43,848 nt of DNA from Cercozoa sp. M6MM (taxonomy: Eukaryota > Protista > Endomyxa: Ascetosporea). The position numbers and the translations under genes are program-made. The stretch lies in NCBI GenBank assembly GCA_040357565.1, contig JBDODJ010000090.1; one strand, written 5' to 3'. The notes under the pieces are model-generated. The model ran no database searches and had not been told where the DNA came from. It saw nothing but the letters and a program-made list of their open reading frames with translations. Positions 24,221-36,947 of the stretch are shown piece by piece; position 1 is the first letter of the stretch; each line of letters begins with the position of its first letter.

Positions 24221-27200
24221 CGAAGCGGCGCGTAGCACTGTCGCCGGCCAGTGTCTGCCCAGGTGCTGCCGGTAAGAAACCAGAAGTGTACGGTAAGGGT
24301 GGCGTGGTGCTAGATATCCAGCGAAACTACACTATTATTGTGCCACTGTCCGTGTTGCGGCACCATTAACAATAGCGAGAATGTTATTCCAGTTGGCGCG
24401 TTGAGACTCGTCCCAGTTGGCGTGCTGGTACAGCGTTCGCATCACACGGGACAGCTCCCGCAGCGTGTCTTGCCGCTGAACAGAAACAAGCCCCAAGTCG
24501 AAATTGCGTCTTTCGGGGAGTGGACAGTGCGCACCGTTCGGTATGTACCTTCATGAGAACGGCGAGTGCAGTGATTAAGCCAAACGACGCAGTGAGCTGT
24601 CTAAACAACAAAAACAGGTTTTGCGTCTCCGCTCGAGCAGAATCTGAAAAAGATACTGGGCAAACAATAAGTCGGGGGAGTCGCATTCGAGTGCTTGCGT
24701 CACAGCGTGCACGTCCCAGAAGAACTCGTTTTCGTACGCTACCAGTCGTAGCATCGGAGGCCACCTAAATGCCGATAGTTTATATGAGACAAACAGACTG
24801 TTTTACAGCACTGACATCCAAGACTACCGGTCTTTGATGACACTGCTGCCGTGCACGTGTAGGTGTTCGACACTGCGACACTGCGCATCGTGCAGCAGTG
24901 CAAAGAGTTCGTGTGCCACGCGACGTTCCGTTTGCGGTCGCAGCGCCGTGCGAATCACACGCCAGACCACTCCACGCTGCAGTCGTAGGTGCGCACGACA
25001 GAGGTCTACAAAAGCGGTGAAATAAAAGCAATGTACCGATATAGTCAAATGGACAAACAAAGCACATGCGAGTCAGAGGGTATAAAGTACAGTCACGCAG
25101 AGAATCGAGAGGCACGTGTAGCAGAGAGACCGACGTGAGTGGCACCACTGTTTCCGGTAACACCAGTCGCACCGCTGCCAGCAACTCGGTGTGCACTGAG
25201 CATGGCACGTTTAATCTCTCCTCTTCTTGCGCCTCCTGCGGTGACTCGGTTGATGTCAGTTGAACTCACCGAGAGGAGAAAGGAAGGGCCAAGCTACCTG
25301 TGCAGCGACTTCTTCCACCTCAGGAAACGCCAGCGCCGATGGAGTCAAAGGACGGCACTCAATCTCGACGGTGTCGTCGGAGTCGACTTCGTGTTCCGAC
25401 GGCATCGCGCGCAGGAAGTCCTCGTCGACCTCGGCCTCTTCAAGTCCCTTGTTGATAGTGGCCTGCCTCTGAAGTGCGGCCTCTCGGAACTCACGCTGGA
25501 TCGCCTTGATGTCACGCACCGTGTTTTTCTGTTTCTGGACGGGCAGGTGGTTCTTGCAGCGATGTTCGCCTCTACATCCAAGAGAGTGGGAGGGGGGGGG
25601 TACACTTGGGTAGTCCTACAGTAGGATATACAGGCAGGGGAGGTACCTCACATCGTCGTCGTCACCACCTGGTATCGGCAGAAAGCCGGCAAAGACATTG
25701 CACCAGCGAGCACACAGCGTGTGGAACAGCTGCATGCACGGCCGTTCCGAGTCGTAGTTGTGCGTGCACTGCGCTACGAAACCGCGTCGGCGCAGGCCGC
25801 ACACGGAGCACGTGCCTGCCAGGTTGCTGCGCTGCACGCGCGACAGGTCAACGTCGCGCAGACACTCGGTGTCTTCGAAGCGTGCCTGGTCGCAGAACTG
25901 CGCACACGCACGGTGCACCCAGATGTCTTTCCTCCAGTCGCTGCTGATCTTGGCAGTGTCAGTCCCGTGCACGCTCTGCGCGTGGATCGATTTCGCTCGC
26001 GTCTCCAGGTGCTTATTGATCTGATCAGTCAGAATGCGTCCGCGCGGAAACTACATCACTTTGTCTAGATTAGAGATACCTTGGTAACACGCACGAGATC
26101 GCCCAGAACCGAATACGGACACAGCACGCACTGCGGTCGAAATCGACGCTTCCATTGCTTTCGTTTCTTCACTCTATACGCCAGAGGGTACAGTAAGGTA
26201 GGGGAGGGTAAGGTCAGGTAGAAGAAGGTAGGGTAAGGATACGGTAAGGGTAGGGTAGGGGATAAGGGCATGTCAAGTAGGGTCGGGTAGGGTACGGTAG
26301 GGTACGGTAGGGGATAGGTCAGGTCAAGTAGGGTCAAGTATGGTAGGGTAGGGTGGGGTAAGGTAGGGTAGGGTAGGGTAGGGTAGGGTAGGGTCTCGGT
26401 ACGTTCGTTTGCGCGAGGCAATTGCGCGTCGCTCCGCGCGGAAGAAGAGGCAAGAGTCGCACTCGAACAGTCGCGGCGACTGCTGCAGCCGCGGGTCGTT
26501 TTCGGGAAACACGAGGCATCCGATGCAGGCAACGTAGCGACAGGTGCGACACCTGAGTGCGTGCCTGTCCGAAGTGCCCAGCATTCGGTCGGTCGACGTG
26601 TGCAGTACGAAGCAAGACTCACCGCACATGGTGCACTATATTGGAGGTATACACAATTGGACCCGAGATATGGAGTGTCAACACGTACGATGTTGGCAGG
26701 GAAGGGCATCGACTGTAGCCACTCTGGTAGTGCACTTGGAAAGGCAGGCGGTATGTCAGCCTTCTCCTGAGTCTCGTGTGTCGACACTCTCTTGATTTCC
26801 ACAGTGTCACTGTCGCTGTCACTGCTACAGCACGCAGTCGTAGCACTCGACTGCGCCGTGTTTCCTTCCTGCAGCGAGATTTCAAAGGTCTCGCACAGCA
26901 CGTCCGGCAGGAGCTCCTTTCGCACCCACTTCTGCAGTACAGCTCACCTGTAGATAGACACAAACTAGTCTTGGCAGGCAGGGTACCACCTCCTTGCCCA
27001 GAAGGCACAGGTACTCGCGGTGCGCAGGCCCATCGCGTGCCTCGGTGATCTCACGCACACTGTCGATTCCGTAAACCTGTTGCTTGCTCAGAAAGGCGAA
27101 CGAATGAGTCGTGTGCAGCGTCACTCGCTCGGTAACTCCTCTGTCAGCACATGCAGATGTCGGCACACACTCTTCCTCCAGACAAACGCACACAGACACA

Positions 27201-27262
27201 GACACAGTCAACGCACGTGTCCAGCCAGCGAACCAGATGCTTTCTTGTCGTTCGACGGGCAT
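24221..27262 (-). CDS. Chromatin reader with divergent N-terminal chromo-like domain and PZP (PHD-Zn knuckle-ePHD) module
   Basis: CTMCGESC...CRTCRYVACIGCL...FECDSC (PHD-like), QCVLCP, WVHRACAQF, TCSVC...CTHNY...CMQLFHTLCA...RCKNH (ePHD). N-terminus VYGIDSVRE...EYLCLLGKEV|KWVRKELLPDVLCETFE. The 3' end is uncertain (about 24150, or 22631 via a long intron). Confidence 0.8.
26185..26392 (-). repeat. Intronic (CCCTA)n satellite
   Basis: gggta repeats on the + strand inside a PZP-gene intron. Confidence 0.9.
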
Positions 27263-27814
27263 TGAATTCCTACGCTCACTCCGGCAGTCTACCAGAGTCA
27301 GAAAGCAAGCGACAGTGCGTGAATCAGCACGTACCAAAGTCACGCATTCGCGTAGTTTTTGAGACCTCCTGTTTCGCAGCTGCAAAAGCCACTGGTGCTC
27401 GTTACTCTCTGCACAAAACGCGCTTTACTATCACACTGGCAACGCAACTCTCATCCAACCGTGTTGTACCTGCATCGGTCAAGGGCGGCAGCTCAAACGC
27501 GGCACGCGATCTCCGCCGACTCATAACCCAACTGGGCAACAGTTGACACAGGCCACTGGAAAGACCAGCGAGAACGTGCAGCAGTGCTCTCAACTCAAAA
27601 TGAACACCGATCGTGTGGTTACAAGAACTAGATGAGCGCGCCAAAAAAGCTGTTTGTGTGGTCGAATGTGCGCGTTTTTTTGTGGTACCTTCTGCACCCG
27701 CCAAGAACGCAGGATTTCGTTCCTTCTCAACATCACGCACACGCTAAACTTAAGTTTTCTTGCGATTACAGTTAAGCGGAGCTTGTCTTGCACGGCGTGC
27801 GTACCGCAAAAACA

Positions 27815-30182
27815 ATGTTAAGCCTTGATTTGCACGAGGAAGAAACGCTCGAGCAGGTCCAACGGATGCCTGATGTCGAAGGAGTGGCACAGGAAGATTT
27901 GGACGCCGAAGGCCGCCCTGCGCATACCAGAAACGTTGAGGTTGTGTGCAGCGTCAACGAGTCGGCCGAGCCGCCTCCGCTCGATATGTTCGACTCGGAC
28001 GACGACTCCCCTTCCTCGAGTGAGTCGTTGGTATCCTTGTTTTCTTGTTTGTGCTGTTGTTCTGATGTTGTTGTCTGGACCACCTGATTCCTTCTTTTCA
28101 GGCGCTTTCGGACATTAGTGCGATTCACACGCGCGACTTGAGCAATGTGCATGATGCCACCCAGGAGGTCCACCTTGAAGCCAGCAACATCGACTCCACC
28201 GAGGAAGCGGCGGCAGCAGGCACGCGAAAGAAGCGTCGTGGCTCGATCTTTAAGGACCTTGAGAACGGCAGTGTCGGTACTCTTTTTGCTTTTGACTTTT
28301 TGCACCGTGTCTTAACTGCCCCGTGTAGAGGATGACCCGTGCATGCCGATGCTTGCCACGGATGGAGCTGATGTCAACCTGGCCTCCAAAATGGTGTCCA
28401 AGCTCGGCAAAGCTCTAGCGCGAACTGGTGCTGCCTTCAAACACAAGGTACCGTCACATGTTTGAGCTCAGCCACTGTAGCACAAATCGTGTCTTTGCAC
28501 AGGTGCAAGAGATGCGCGAGAGACGTCGCTTGGCCGCCGAGGAGCGAGCTGCTGAAGAGCAGGAGGAAAAAGGTGACGACACTGACGAGAGGGAGCAAGA
28601 CGAGGAGCAAGACGAGAAGCAAGAGCAACAACAGGTGATTCGCAAGTCGCTGCGCCAGCGTGTGTCAGAGTTCTTCAGTCGCGACAGCGAGGGCGACGAC
28701 AAGACCGACGCCGAAGCCGATCAGTGTGCGACTGAGATCGACCAGCTCGACAACTCGCGACGCTTCTTTTCCCTGCGCATTCGCGGACCCAAGCTGCGTC
28801 GCTTGCGATCGCGAGCTGACCTTGAAAGCGGCGAAGGTGACAACGATAGCGGCAGCAACGAAGCGTCAGCTCCGACGGCTCACTCGAGAGCCAACAGTGA
28901 GGAAGCACTTGACACTTCTTTTGAACAGCCACAGGAGTACATTCAAGACGAACATGTCTGTGGACGCTACTGGCAGGTACCAAACGGTGTTCTTCCCGAG
29001 ACAAATTACACAAAGCCGAGTTTGCGTTCATTTCAGGTTGTCTCGGAGTGTCACGCCAAGACGTGGAAACGCCTGTCGATCTCAAAGTGGAACGTTCACT
29101 TCCAGCTGCAGTTTGTGGTACCCCCCCCCCCCCGCCTTCCCCAAACCAATTTCCCTCTCCCTAAACATGAAGAGTGCCGTATGTATAGCTGACGGCGGCT
29201 GCCGTTGTGGCATGGGTGGCTGTGCTCTTCATGCACGAGTACGTCGGTCCCGTGTGCGTCAACTCGATCGAAGAGTCGTGCTTGAAGGAAATCTACCGAG
29301 TGAAACGCTTCGATGCCGCCATTTTCTACCTGCCGCCGCTACTTGCCGTGGGACTTGGCCTGCTGTCGCTCTCGTACGTGCATCGCCACGCCGATGCCGT
29401 GTGCCTCAATCGCGGCAAGCGCGCCTCAACGCAACTCATGCTGCTCTTCGTCGCACAGATCCTGATGCTTATTGGCTCGCTATTATTCCAAGGCGCCTGG
29501 CTCTCGGAACGTCTTGAGGTCGCCCTCCAAGCCAAGTACCCTGGTGACGTCACTCCCTTCAAGGGCGCTTCGGACTTGAGTCTGAGTGGAGGGTATTTTG
29601 CTTTGCCTTCCCTGCTCTTGGTGTCTGTATGCAGTGTTTATTCTGTGCTGTGCTGTATGCAGAAAATCTCCAGGATTCGGCATCTTCTACTACACTTGTG
29701 GCGCTCTGCCTGCTGTGTCGTTGATCCGCTGGGGTCTCGGAGCTGTGCTCTACATCTTTGGGTGCATTCAACGCAAGGCGCCAATGCTCGTGAACGGTGG
29801 CATGATGCCGATGGGTATGCCGATGGGTATGCCGATGGGTATGCCGATGGGAATGAACGGCATGCCCATGGAGATGCAGCAGCAAATGCAGCAGATGGCC
29901 GCCATGGGCATGCAGCCTGCCGGCTTCCAGATGTTGCCCAACGGTCAGATCCAAATGGTAATGATGCCTGCTCCCACACCTGCTCATGGCAGCGCATTCG
30001 GCGGCTCTGAGCACGACGACTGTGACAGTGACGGCTACGAGCGCGACGACGTGCCTGCGCAGCGTGAGACGCCCAACAACGGCTTGCAGCTGCAGCCAGT
30101 CTCGCGTGCCAGTGTTCCCGTCAAGTCCAACGACGCCAACACCAAGAGCAAACGTCCGTCGCACTTCACCTTTGGCGCCTAG
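27815..30182 (+). CDS. Hypothetical membrane protein: long acidic N-terminus, about 4 TM helices, Met-rich C-tail
   Basis: aacaATG at 27815 with in-frame GT-AG exons. Hydrophobic segments at 29190-29770, (GMPM)n at 29800-29870, TAG at 30180-30182. Confidence 0.7.
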
Positions 30183-30597
30183 GCCGACTCTTTACACTTT
30201 TTCGCTCCAGTTCGACTAAACATGAGGACGCAACTGACTGCTCCGAACATCTTGTGCGGTTCGATTAGTTAGTTAATTCAGTTTACTAAGAAACCAACTA
30301 TGTAGTTCCCCTGCACCAGCGCATGGCCGTGGTCCACCCTGCAGTAGTAGCGCAGGAGACTTCGATTGCCAGTTGGGGAAGTTGGATGGACCCACCCACC
30401 CGCCCTACGCACCGGACGCGGACGGCGCGGCTCGATTAGTTACTTAGTTACTCGCTGTACAGTACGGTAGTCGAGTAGTCGGGCAGTTGTAAACAATGAA
30501 CGGAATATTAGCAGACCCGACTGTCGTGTCGTGAAAACTCGCGTCGGCGTGCGGTGAGTGGCGGGAACTGAACGGAACTGTTGCGGAGCGACTGAGG

Positions 30598-32645
30598 CTA
30601 GAAAGCAAAGGCGGCGAACGGGTCGTTCTTGGCCGTCGGAGTGTGCTTCCTGGCAGCAGCAGCGCTGGCCGGCTGGCGTGACTGGGGACGTGCCTGCGGA
30701 CGTGTCTATACAACACACATATACACAACAGGGTACAGTGAGGTACGGTGAGTACCTGCATGCCACTGAAAGGGTCGGCAGCCATGGAGTGCTGCTGTTG
30801 CTGCATCTGGTGCATCTGCTGCTGCATGGCCTGCAACTGCTGCTGCTGCTGCTGCATGTTCATCGGGGCCATGGGCATTCCAGGCATGCCGCCCATCATG
30901 TTGCCACCCATGGGCATGCCCATGCTGCCCATAGGCATGCCAGTGCCTCCCATGTGACCCATCGGCATGGCCATCGGCATGCCACCCACAGGCATGTTAC
31001 CCACAGGCATGTTACCCATCGGCATGTTACCCATCGGCATGTTACCCATTGGCATGCCCATGCTGCCCATCGGCATCGGCGCCTGCTGTCGCTTCGGCTG
31101 GTTGAACATGGCCATGATGTCGTCGGTCGAGGGACCCTCCTTCTTCGGTGCCGTTTGGGCCGACTGCTGCTGCTGCGGTGCCGCTGACGTCGTCGACGCC
31201 GTCACAAAGAAGTCCAGGTCGTTGGAACTCGTGTTGTCTGACATGCATGTATATTATATATATATATATATATAAATATACAATATACAACATAATATAT
31301 ATATATATATATATAATACACAACATAACATATAGACATGGTAAGATGGAGCCAGAGTACTCGTGGCGGGCGCAGTGTTGGTGGCCGTCGTGCTGGCAAA
31401 GCCGACGAACTGCCCGCTCGACGGAGTCGACGAGGCCGCGGCCTCAAAGTCGCCCCAATCGTCCTGCAGACCAGGCAATGTGTACACACAAAGAAACATC
31501 CCCTATCAGCAACATCCCCCAGCAGCAACAGCCCCCATCAACACAGCCCCCATCAACAACAGCCCCATTAACAACAAGGCAGACATAGACAGGACAGGAA
31601 GGCACGCGTACAGCAGGCGCAGAGCTGACGGTGGCCACCGCCGCGGCGGCGAGTTGCTGCTGCTGCTGCCGCTGCTGCTGCTGCGCACGCACGGCCGGCG
31701 GCGGCGCAAAGTTCCAGTCGCCAAAGTCGTCGTTGGACAGACCACCCGTGCCGACAGCCTCGGCACTCCCTGTCGTCGGTGTCGTGGCACCCGAATCCGT
31801 GTCCCATTCGGCTACCGAGGTGGGGGGGATAAGGACCAACGGCAAGGCTAGACAGAGGTAACACGCTACAACTCTCATCGCCGTCGTAGTTCCTCCTTCT
31901 GCTGCTGCAACATACGGTCAGTACCCTGAGGGCGGGGACACAAGAGAAACCGGTACGCATTGCTGGTGGCACGGGAGCGTCTGGTGCGAGCGTCGCCCAG
32001 ACCGACTTGCTGTTAGGGGGAGGGGGGGTAAGAATAAGGAAGGGGGGGGGGGGGGGTAAGAGGTAGGCGTATTGGGGCAAGACACACCTCCCGGAGGTCG
32101 GAGCGACGTGCGAGACTCTTGGAGTAGAACTGCTTGTGCTCATACTTGGCGCGAACGAAGCGCGTCACCTCGCGCGTGTTCGTGCTGGGCGTCGGCTTGC
32201 GGAAACTGCTGTCGGCCAGCTTGGCCTCGTAGACGGCGTTGACGCGGTCGTTGCCGTGCTGCTCGAGGAAGTCGACCCACGAGGAGCGCCAGTCGTCGAT
32301 CGTCGTCGACTTGACGCGACTGATGTGCACACCGAGACTGCGGTGCACGCCCGAGCATCGCTGGCAGAACAGCACGCCCAGGTTCATTGATGCCCACGTC
32401 GGGTTCTGCTTGCCAACCAGTCAACTCAACTCTCAACTCAATTCTCAACTCAAAGCAGCTCAGTCGCACCAAAGCACAACAAGGCAAAGCAAAGCAAAGG
32501 CAAAGCAAAGCAAAGGCAAGGCAAAGCAAAGCAAAGGCAAAGCGAGCAAACGCACCTTTGCGCCGCAGTCAGCGCACATGCGGTTGCCTCCACGCCTGCG
32601 CAGACGCGACAGACGCTCGCGACACTTTTCAGCCTCGGACGGCAT
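30598..32645 (-). CDS. SMAP/AGD5-like ArfGAP
   Basis: CADCGAK|NPTWASMNLGVLFCQRCSGVHRSLGVHISRVKS (C-x2-C-x16-C-x2-C-x4-R) and FVRAKYE. Tail motifs DDFGDW, DDWGDF, DLDFF and DPF x2, plus a Met-rich region. TAG at 30598-30600. Confidence 0.92.
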
Positions 32646-32956
32646 CTACAAAAGGCAGCATCCATCACTGCGAAATGTGACAAGCACGCACAAACCAAGG
32701 AACAAACGCGCTCACATCGGGTGCTTGAACTTTCTACCTCAACGGGCTAAGATTTTACAGGCGGGTGGTAGGCACAACGTATACGCCCGTGAGCGCGCCG
32801 ACTGGCTGGATCGCGTTAGGAATGGTGAGAACCGCTCAGACGACATTCCGGCTCGGCTTTCCTTCGTTGAGCCGGTAGCGCTCAAGCTGGGGCATTCACG
32901 ACTAGCACAATACGAGAGCGTCGTGTCGTGCGTCCTACCAATACATTGGAGGGACG
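32646..32956. promoter_or_regulatory. Putative bidirectional promoter ArfGAP / TFIP11 (includes a probable ArfGAP 5'UTR intron)
   Basis: 311 bp between divergent ATGs. On the minus strand GTGAGC...TTGTAG ends immediately before the ArfGAP ATG. Confidence 0.55.
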
Positions 32957-35900
32957 ATGAGCGACAGCGACTCTGATGTGTTGAGTTCCGATGATGAATT
33001 TGCTCGGCCACGCCAGCGGCAAGGTCTGGGTCTCGGTGCCAGAGGAGGACTCGGAGGCCTTGGATCGAGTAAGCGAGGTGGCCTCGGAGGCTTTGGTTCC
33101 AGGGGAGGACGAGGCGGGTCCCGTGGCGGCCGATGGTCGCGTGGCACGAAGCGCGGTCTGTCGCACCTGTCGCAGCCACTGTCGTTCTCCAAGAAGGGCG
33201 TCGTGCAGCCTGACAAGAGGAGCAGCACCGCCGAGGCAGACTCCGAGGAAACACGACAGACGAAACAGCAACAAGAACAGGACGATCGAAGTCAGGAGCA
33301 GAAACAGCGCGCCGAGCGACTGCTGCGCAAGCGGCAGAAGAAGACGTTTGCTCACTCGCTCGAGCAGGCGCAGCAGCGGCGGCAGGAACTTGCAGGTGTG
33401 CTGCAAGCCATCCCGACCGCCATCAGCGACGAAGCCGAAGACCGTCGTCGCGTCGACGCCGAAAAAGCCGTATGTTTGCCCTCTACTATCTCTCTAGCTA
33501 TCCAGTATTATCTCTGCCCATATTACTCACCTGTATTTACACTGTGCCATGTGGAAACAGAGGCAAGAACGAGGCGAGCGGCCAGACAGAGATTTTGGCC
33601 GCTTCCAGGGCGCGTCGATCGGCATGAAACTCATGCAGAAAATGGGCTTCCGCGGCCGTGGTCTCGGTACCGTATCTGTATGTATAAGATATAATATGTA
33701 TACATGCATAAGTATATATATGCATAAGATATATATATATATATATATATATATATCTGTATGTACACTGCAGGCAAGTACGAGCAAGGCCGTGTGAATC
33801 CAGTCAAGTCAGTGATGCGACCGCAGGGTGCCGGTCTCGGTGCTGCCGCTGTCGACGTCGTCGAGGTGTGTCATCCCTACCCCTACCCTACCCTACTTCT
33901 GCCCTGTCTTACCTCTACCCCTACTCCTACCCTACCCTACCCCTACCCCGACTCCTACCCTACTCCTACCCAACTCCTACCCTACCCCTACCCCTACCCC
34001 TACCCCTACCCTACCCCCACCCCTACCCTACCCTACCTCTCCCACCTACCCTCCCCCACCTTGTGACAGGAAGAGCCAACGCAGCAGGAGGAACCCGACG
34101 TGTTCGCACCGCAGCGGCAGCGCAAGCGTCGCTGGAAGACGGCCAAGGAACTGCTGCGACAGCTGGACCGCGAGGAGCATGCCGTCGAGGTCGAGGAGAA
34201 ACCCAGCACGGTCGAGATCATCGACATGACCGGCAAGCAGCCGCGTCGCATCGTGCGGCGGGTGGAACGCGGTGCCGAGGAGGGAGGAGAGGAGGCGGAC
34301 CTGGAGAGCGAGGTGCGCGAGGGCTACCTGACGACACTGAAGCGCAACCTCACGCTGCTGATGGACCTCTCGATCGACGAGGCGCGTCGACTGCGCACAC
34401 GTGTGGTGCAGCTCAAGGCCGCCAATGCGCGCGAGACGAGACGAGTCGAGGCAACGCACGGCTCCTCGCTGGCGCAGCAGCACTCGAGGGCCAAGCTGCT
34501 GTGTGCCCTGCTGGACCGAGTGCTGGCCAAGTTCGCCGGCGTCGACTGGTCGCACGTGGTGCAGCAAGGCACTCTGGGCAGTGGCGTCGTCGATCACACC
34601 GTCATCGACGACGTCGTCGATGTCATCGATCTCTCCGTCGACTCGGCCTCGGTGTCCTCCGCCTCCTCTGCCGCTTCCGCCTCGGTCTCAAGGCGACAGA
34701 AAATGGTCGACGACGACGACGAATTCGACTTGTTTTCGCGTCCGAAATTCGGCTTTCACAGCACCACCTCCAGTGCCTCCAGTTCGGTACGCGCTCTCTG
34801 TGCTGTCGTGTCTTGGCGTTGTGTGTGCATCCGCGCGGACGTGTGCACAGAAGGAGGCAGCGAGCTTTGCCGACCTGGAGGCGACGCTGTACGCGGCCGT
34901 GCATCGCATGCAGAGCGAGTTCGAGCGAGAGTACGCCGAGGACGGCATTCACGCCTTGGTGGCGCAACTGGTGCTGCCCATGTTCGGCACGATCTTTGCC
35001 GCCTGGCAACCGTTTCTCTCGGTAACCCTACCTCTCCCCTGTCGTATCTATCTCTATGTGTTATACGCATACGTTTATCTAAATTGTAGATATGGCATAT
35101 TTATACATATATATATATAACGTATATTAATTTAACATATAACTCTGATGTCTGTTGTGGCAGGACGGTATCTCCACGGGCACTGTATTGACACTGCTGC
35201 GTCGGTGGAAGCCGCTTCTGCTTGTGGGCTCCGACAAGCGTCATGGTATCCCCCTCCCCCGCCCCCCTGTTACCGCATGTTGCCCCCGTACTATTCCTTG
35301 GTGCAGACACATATGAGGAGCGAGAGACGACAGTGTTCGCGACACTGGTGGATGGCACGGTGCTGCCCAAGGTGCGGTCGCTGTGTGCGCAGCTGGAGGA
35401 CCTGCGCAACGTGTCGACGGACGCGCAGCGGCAGCACGCGGTGCGGCAGAGCGACGTGCTGTGCCGCTTGCTGCGCGTGCTGCTGGCGCCGCACTGCAGT
35501 CGCATCGACGTGCGGCGCCTGTGCCTGAACACGCTGCTGCCGCGTGTGCTGGGCGTGGTGCGCACCGTGCCGCCGCAGGCCGTCGGCATGCTGCACGAGT
35601 GGCTGCGTCCGTGGCTGCGCGAGGCCGAGCAGGAGCAGTTCCTGCGGCGCGCCGACCTGGACGCCGTGCTGGCGCAGTGCGCGCAGCAGCTGGCCAAGGC
35701 ACTGCGCCGCTGGGACGGCCCGCAGGACGACACGGTGCGCGTCGTGCTGCACCACTGGCGCCCGCCGGCTGCACTGCCGCCACGTGCCTACACGCGCCTG
35801 CTGCGCGACTCTGTATGCGGTCCGATCCGTCGCTACGCCAAGAAGCACCTGCACGTCGACCCTGCCGCACAGGATGCCGAGGTGTCTTCTCTTGTAGCCT

Positions 35901-36751
35901 CAGCCCATCGCACACCTTGTACTCTGTGTGTGTGTCTGCGAGTGTAGCCATGGCTGTGCATACTGCGACACTGGCACCTGTTCGAGCACGGCGACGCCGA
36001 CCTGTTCATCGAGATCCTGCAGCAGGTGTGGTGGCCGCGCTGGCTACAGGCGCTGTTCCACTGGCTCGCGCAGGACGAGGCCGCCAGCAAGGTGCACTTT
36101 GGCGAGGTGGCCCAGTGGTACCAGGGCTGGCTCGACACGCTGCCGGCCAGTCTGCTGGCACGTACGCAGGTGCAGGAGATGCTAGCCTGTGCACTAGACC
36201 TGTGCAACCTCGCCTTGGACCGGCATGCCCGTGGCGACAGGCCCCTGGTGCCTCTGTCCGAGGACGAATTCCTCGACGTGGCACGCTCGCAGTGCACCAC
36301 GCGCGTGCAGGTGCTCTCGGCCGCCGAGCGACAGCGCACCGAGTACTTGCGCACTGTGCGACAGTTGGGCAAGGTACCACTCACACCTCTTCTACTTCTG
36401 TACATGTATGTTGCATGTTGCAACCGGTCTGTTAGGGCACCTTTGCGACGAGAGACGCCTCGGCACGCGAACTGTTGGAACAGCTTGCTCTCGTAAGTTT
36501 CCCCTGTGCTATGCGTGTCTGCATGTTGGTGTTTGTCCGTGTGTATGTGCAACCCCTGCCGACAGAGGAAGGGCGTCGAGTTCGTGCCACTGCCGCAGCA
36601 GGCCGACGGCCGGCGTGTCTGGCGACTGGGCGCCGCTGTGCTGGTGCACTTTGGACGGCACAACGACCAGGTCACCACGCGGCGCCTCGACGAGCCGAGC
36701 GACGCATGGCAGCACGTTGCCTCGCTCGAGTCGCTGTTTGACACCCTGTAG
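32957..36751 (+). CDS. TFIP11: Tuftelin-interacting protein 11 / Ntr1 (G-patch spliceosome-disassembly factor)
   Basis: N-terminal GLG repeats, G-patch SIGMKLMQKMGFRGRGLG|KYEQGRVNPV...GAGLG, IIDMTGKQPR, WWPRWLQALFHWL...EVAQWYQGW, and C-terminal GVEFVP...GRRVWRLG. Confidence 0.92.
33875..34060 (+). repeat. Intronic (CCCTA/CCCCTA)n satellite
   Basis: ccctac repeats inside a TFIP11 intron. Confidence 0.9.
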
Positions 36752-36947
36752 ACTAATCCAATCCGATCATCTTTAGTTTGCTCAGTTTGTGCTGTGCTGC
36801 TCTAATTAGACGTCGCGCCATGACCACTTGATGGGCTCGCAGAGTGGTCGACCGTCGACTCTGATCGATCAAGATCAGAATGCCAGACTGGGGCACCAAG
36901 GCAATATTACGGTGCTGTGCTGTGTGCCCGTCGTGTAACCTACTTAG

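Noticed and set aside
33875-34060. Interstitial telomere
   Set aside because: Units are CCCTA/CCCCTA rather than CCCTAA, are degenerate, and are confined to introns.
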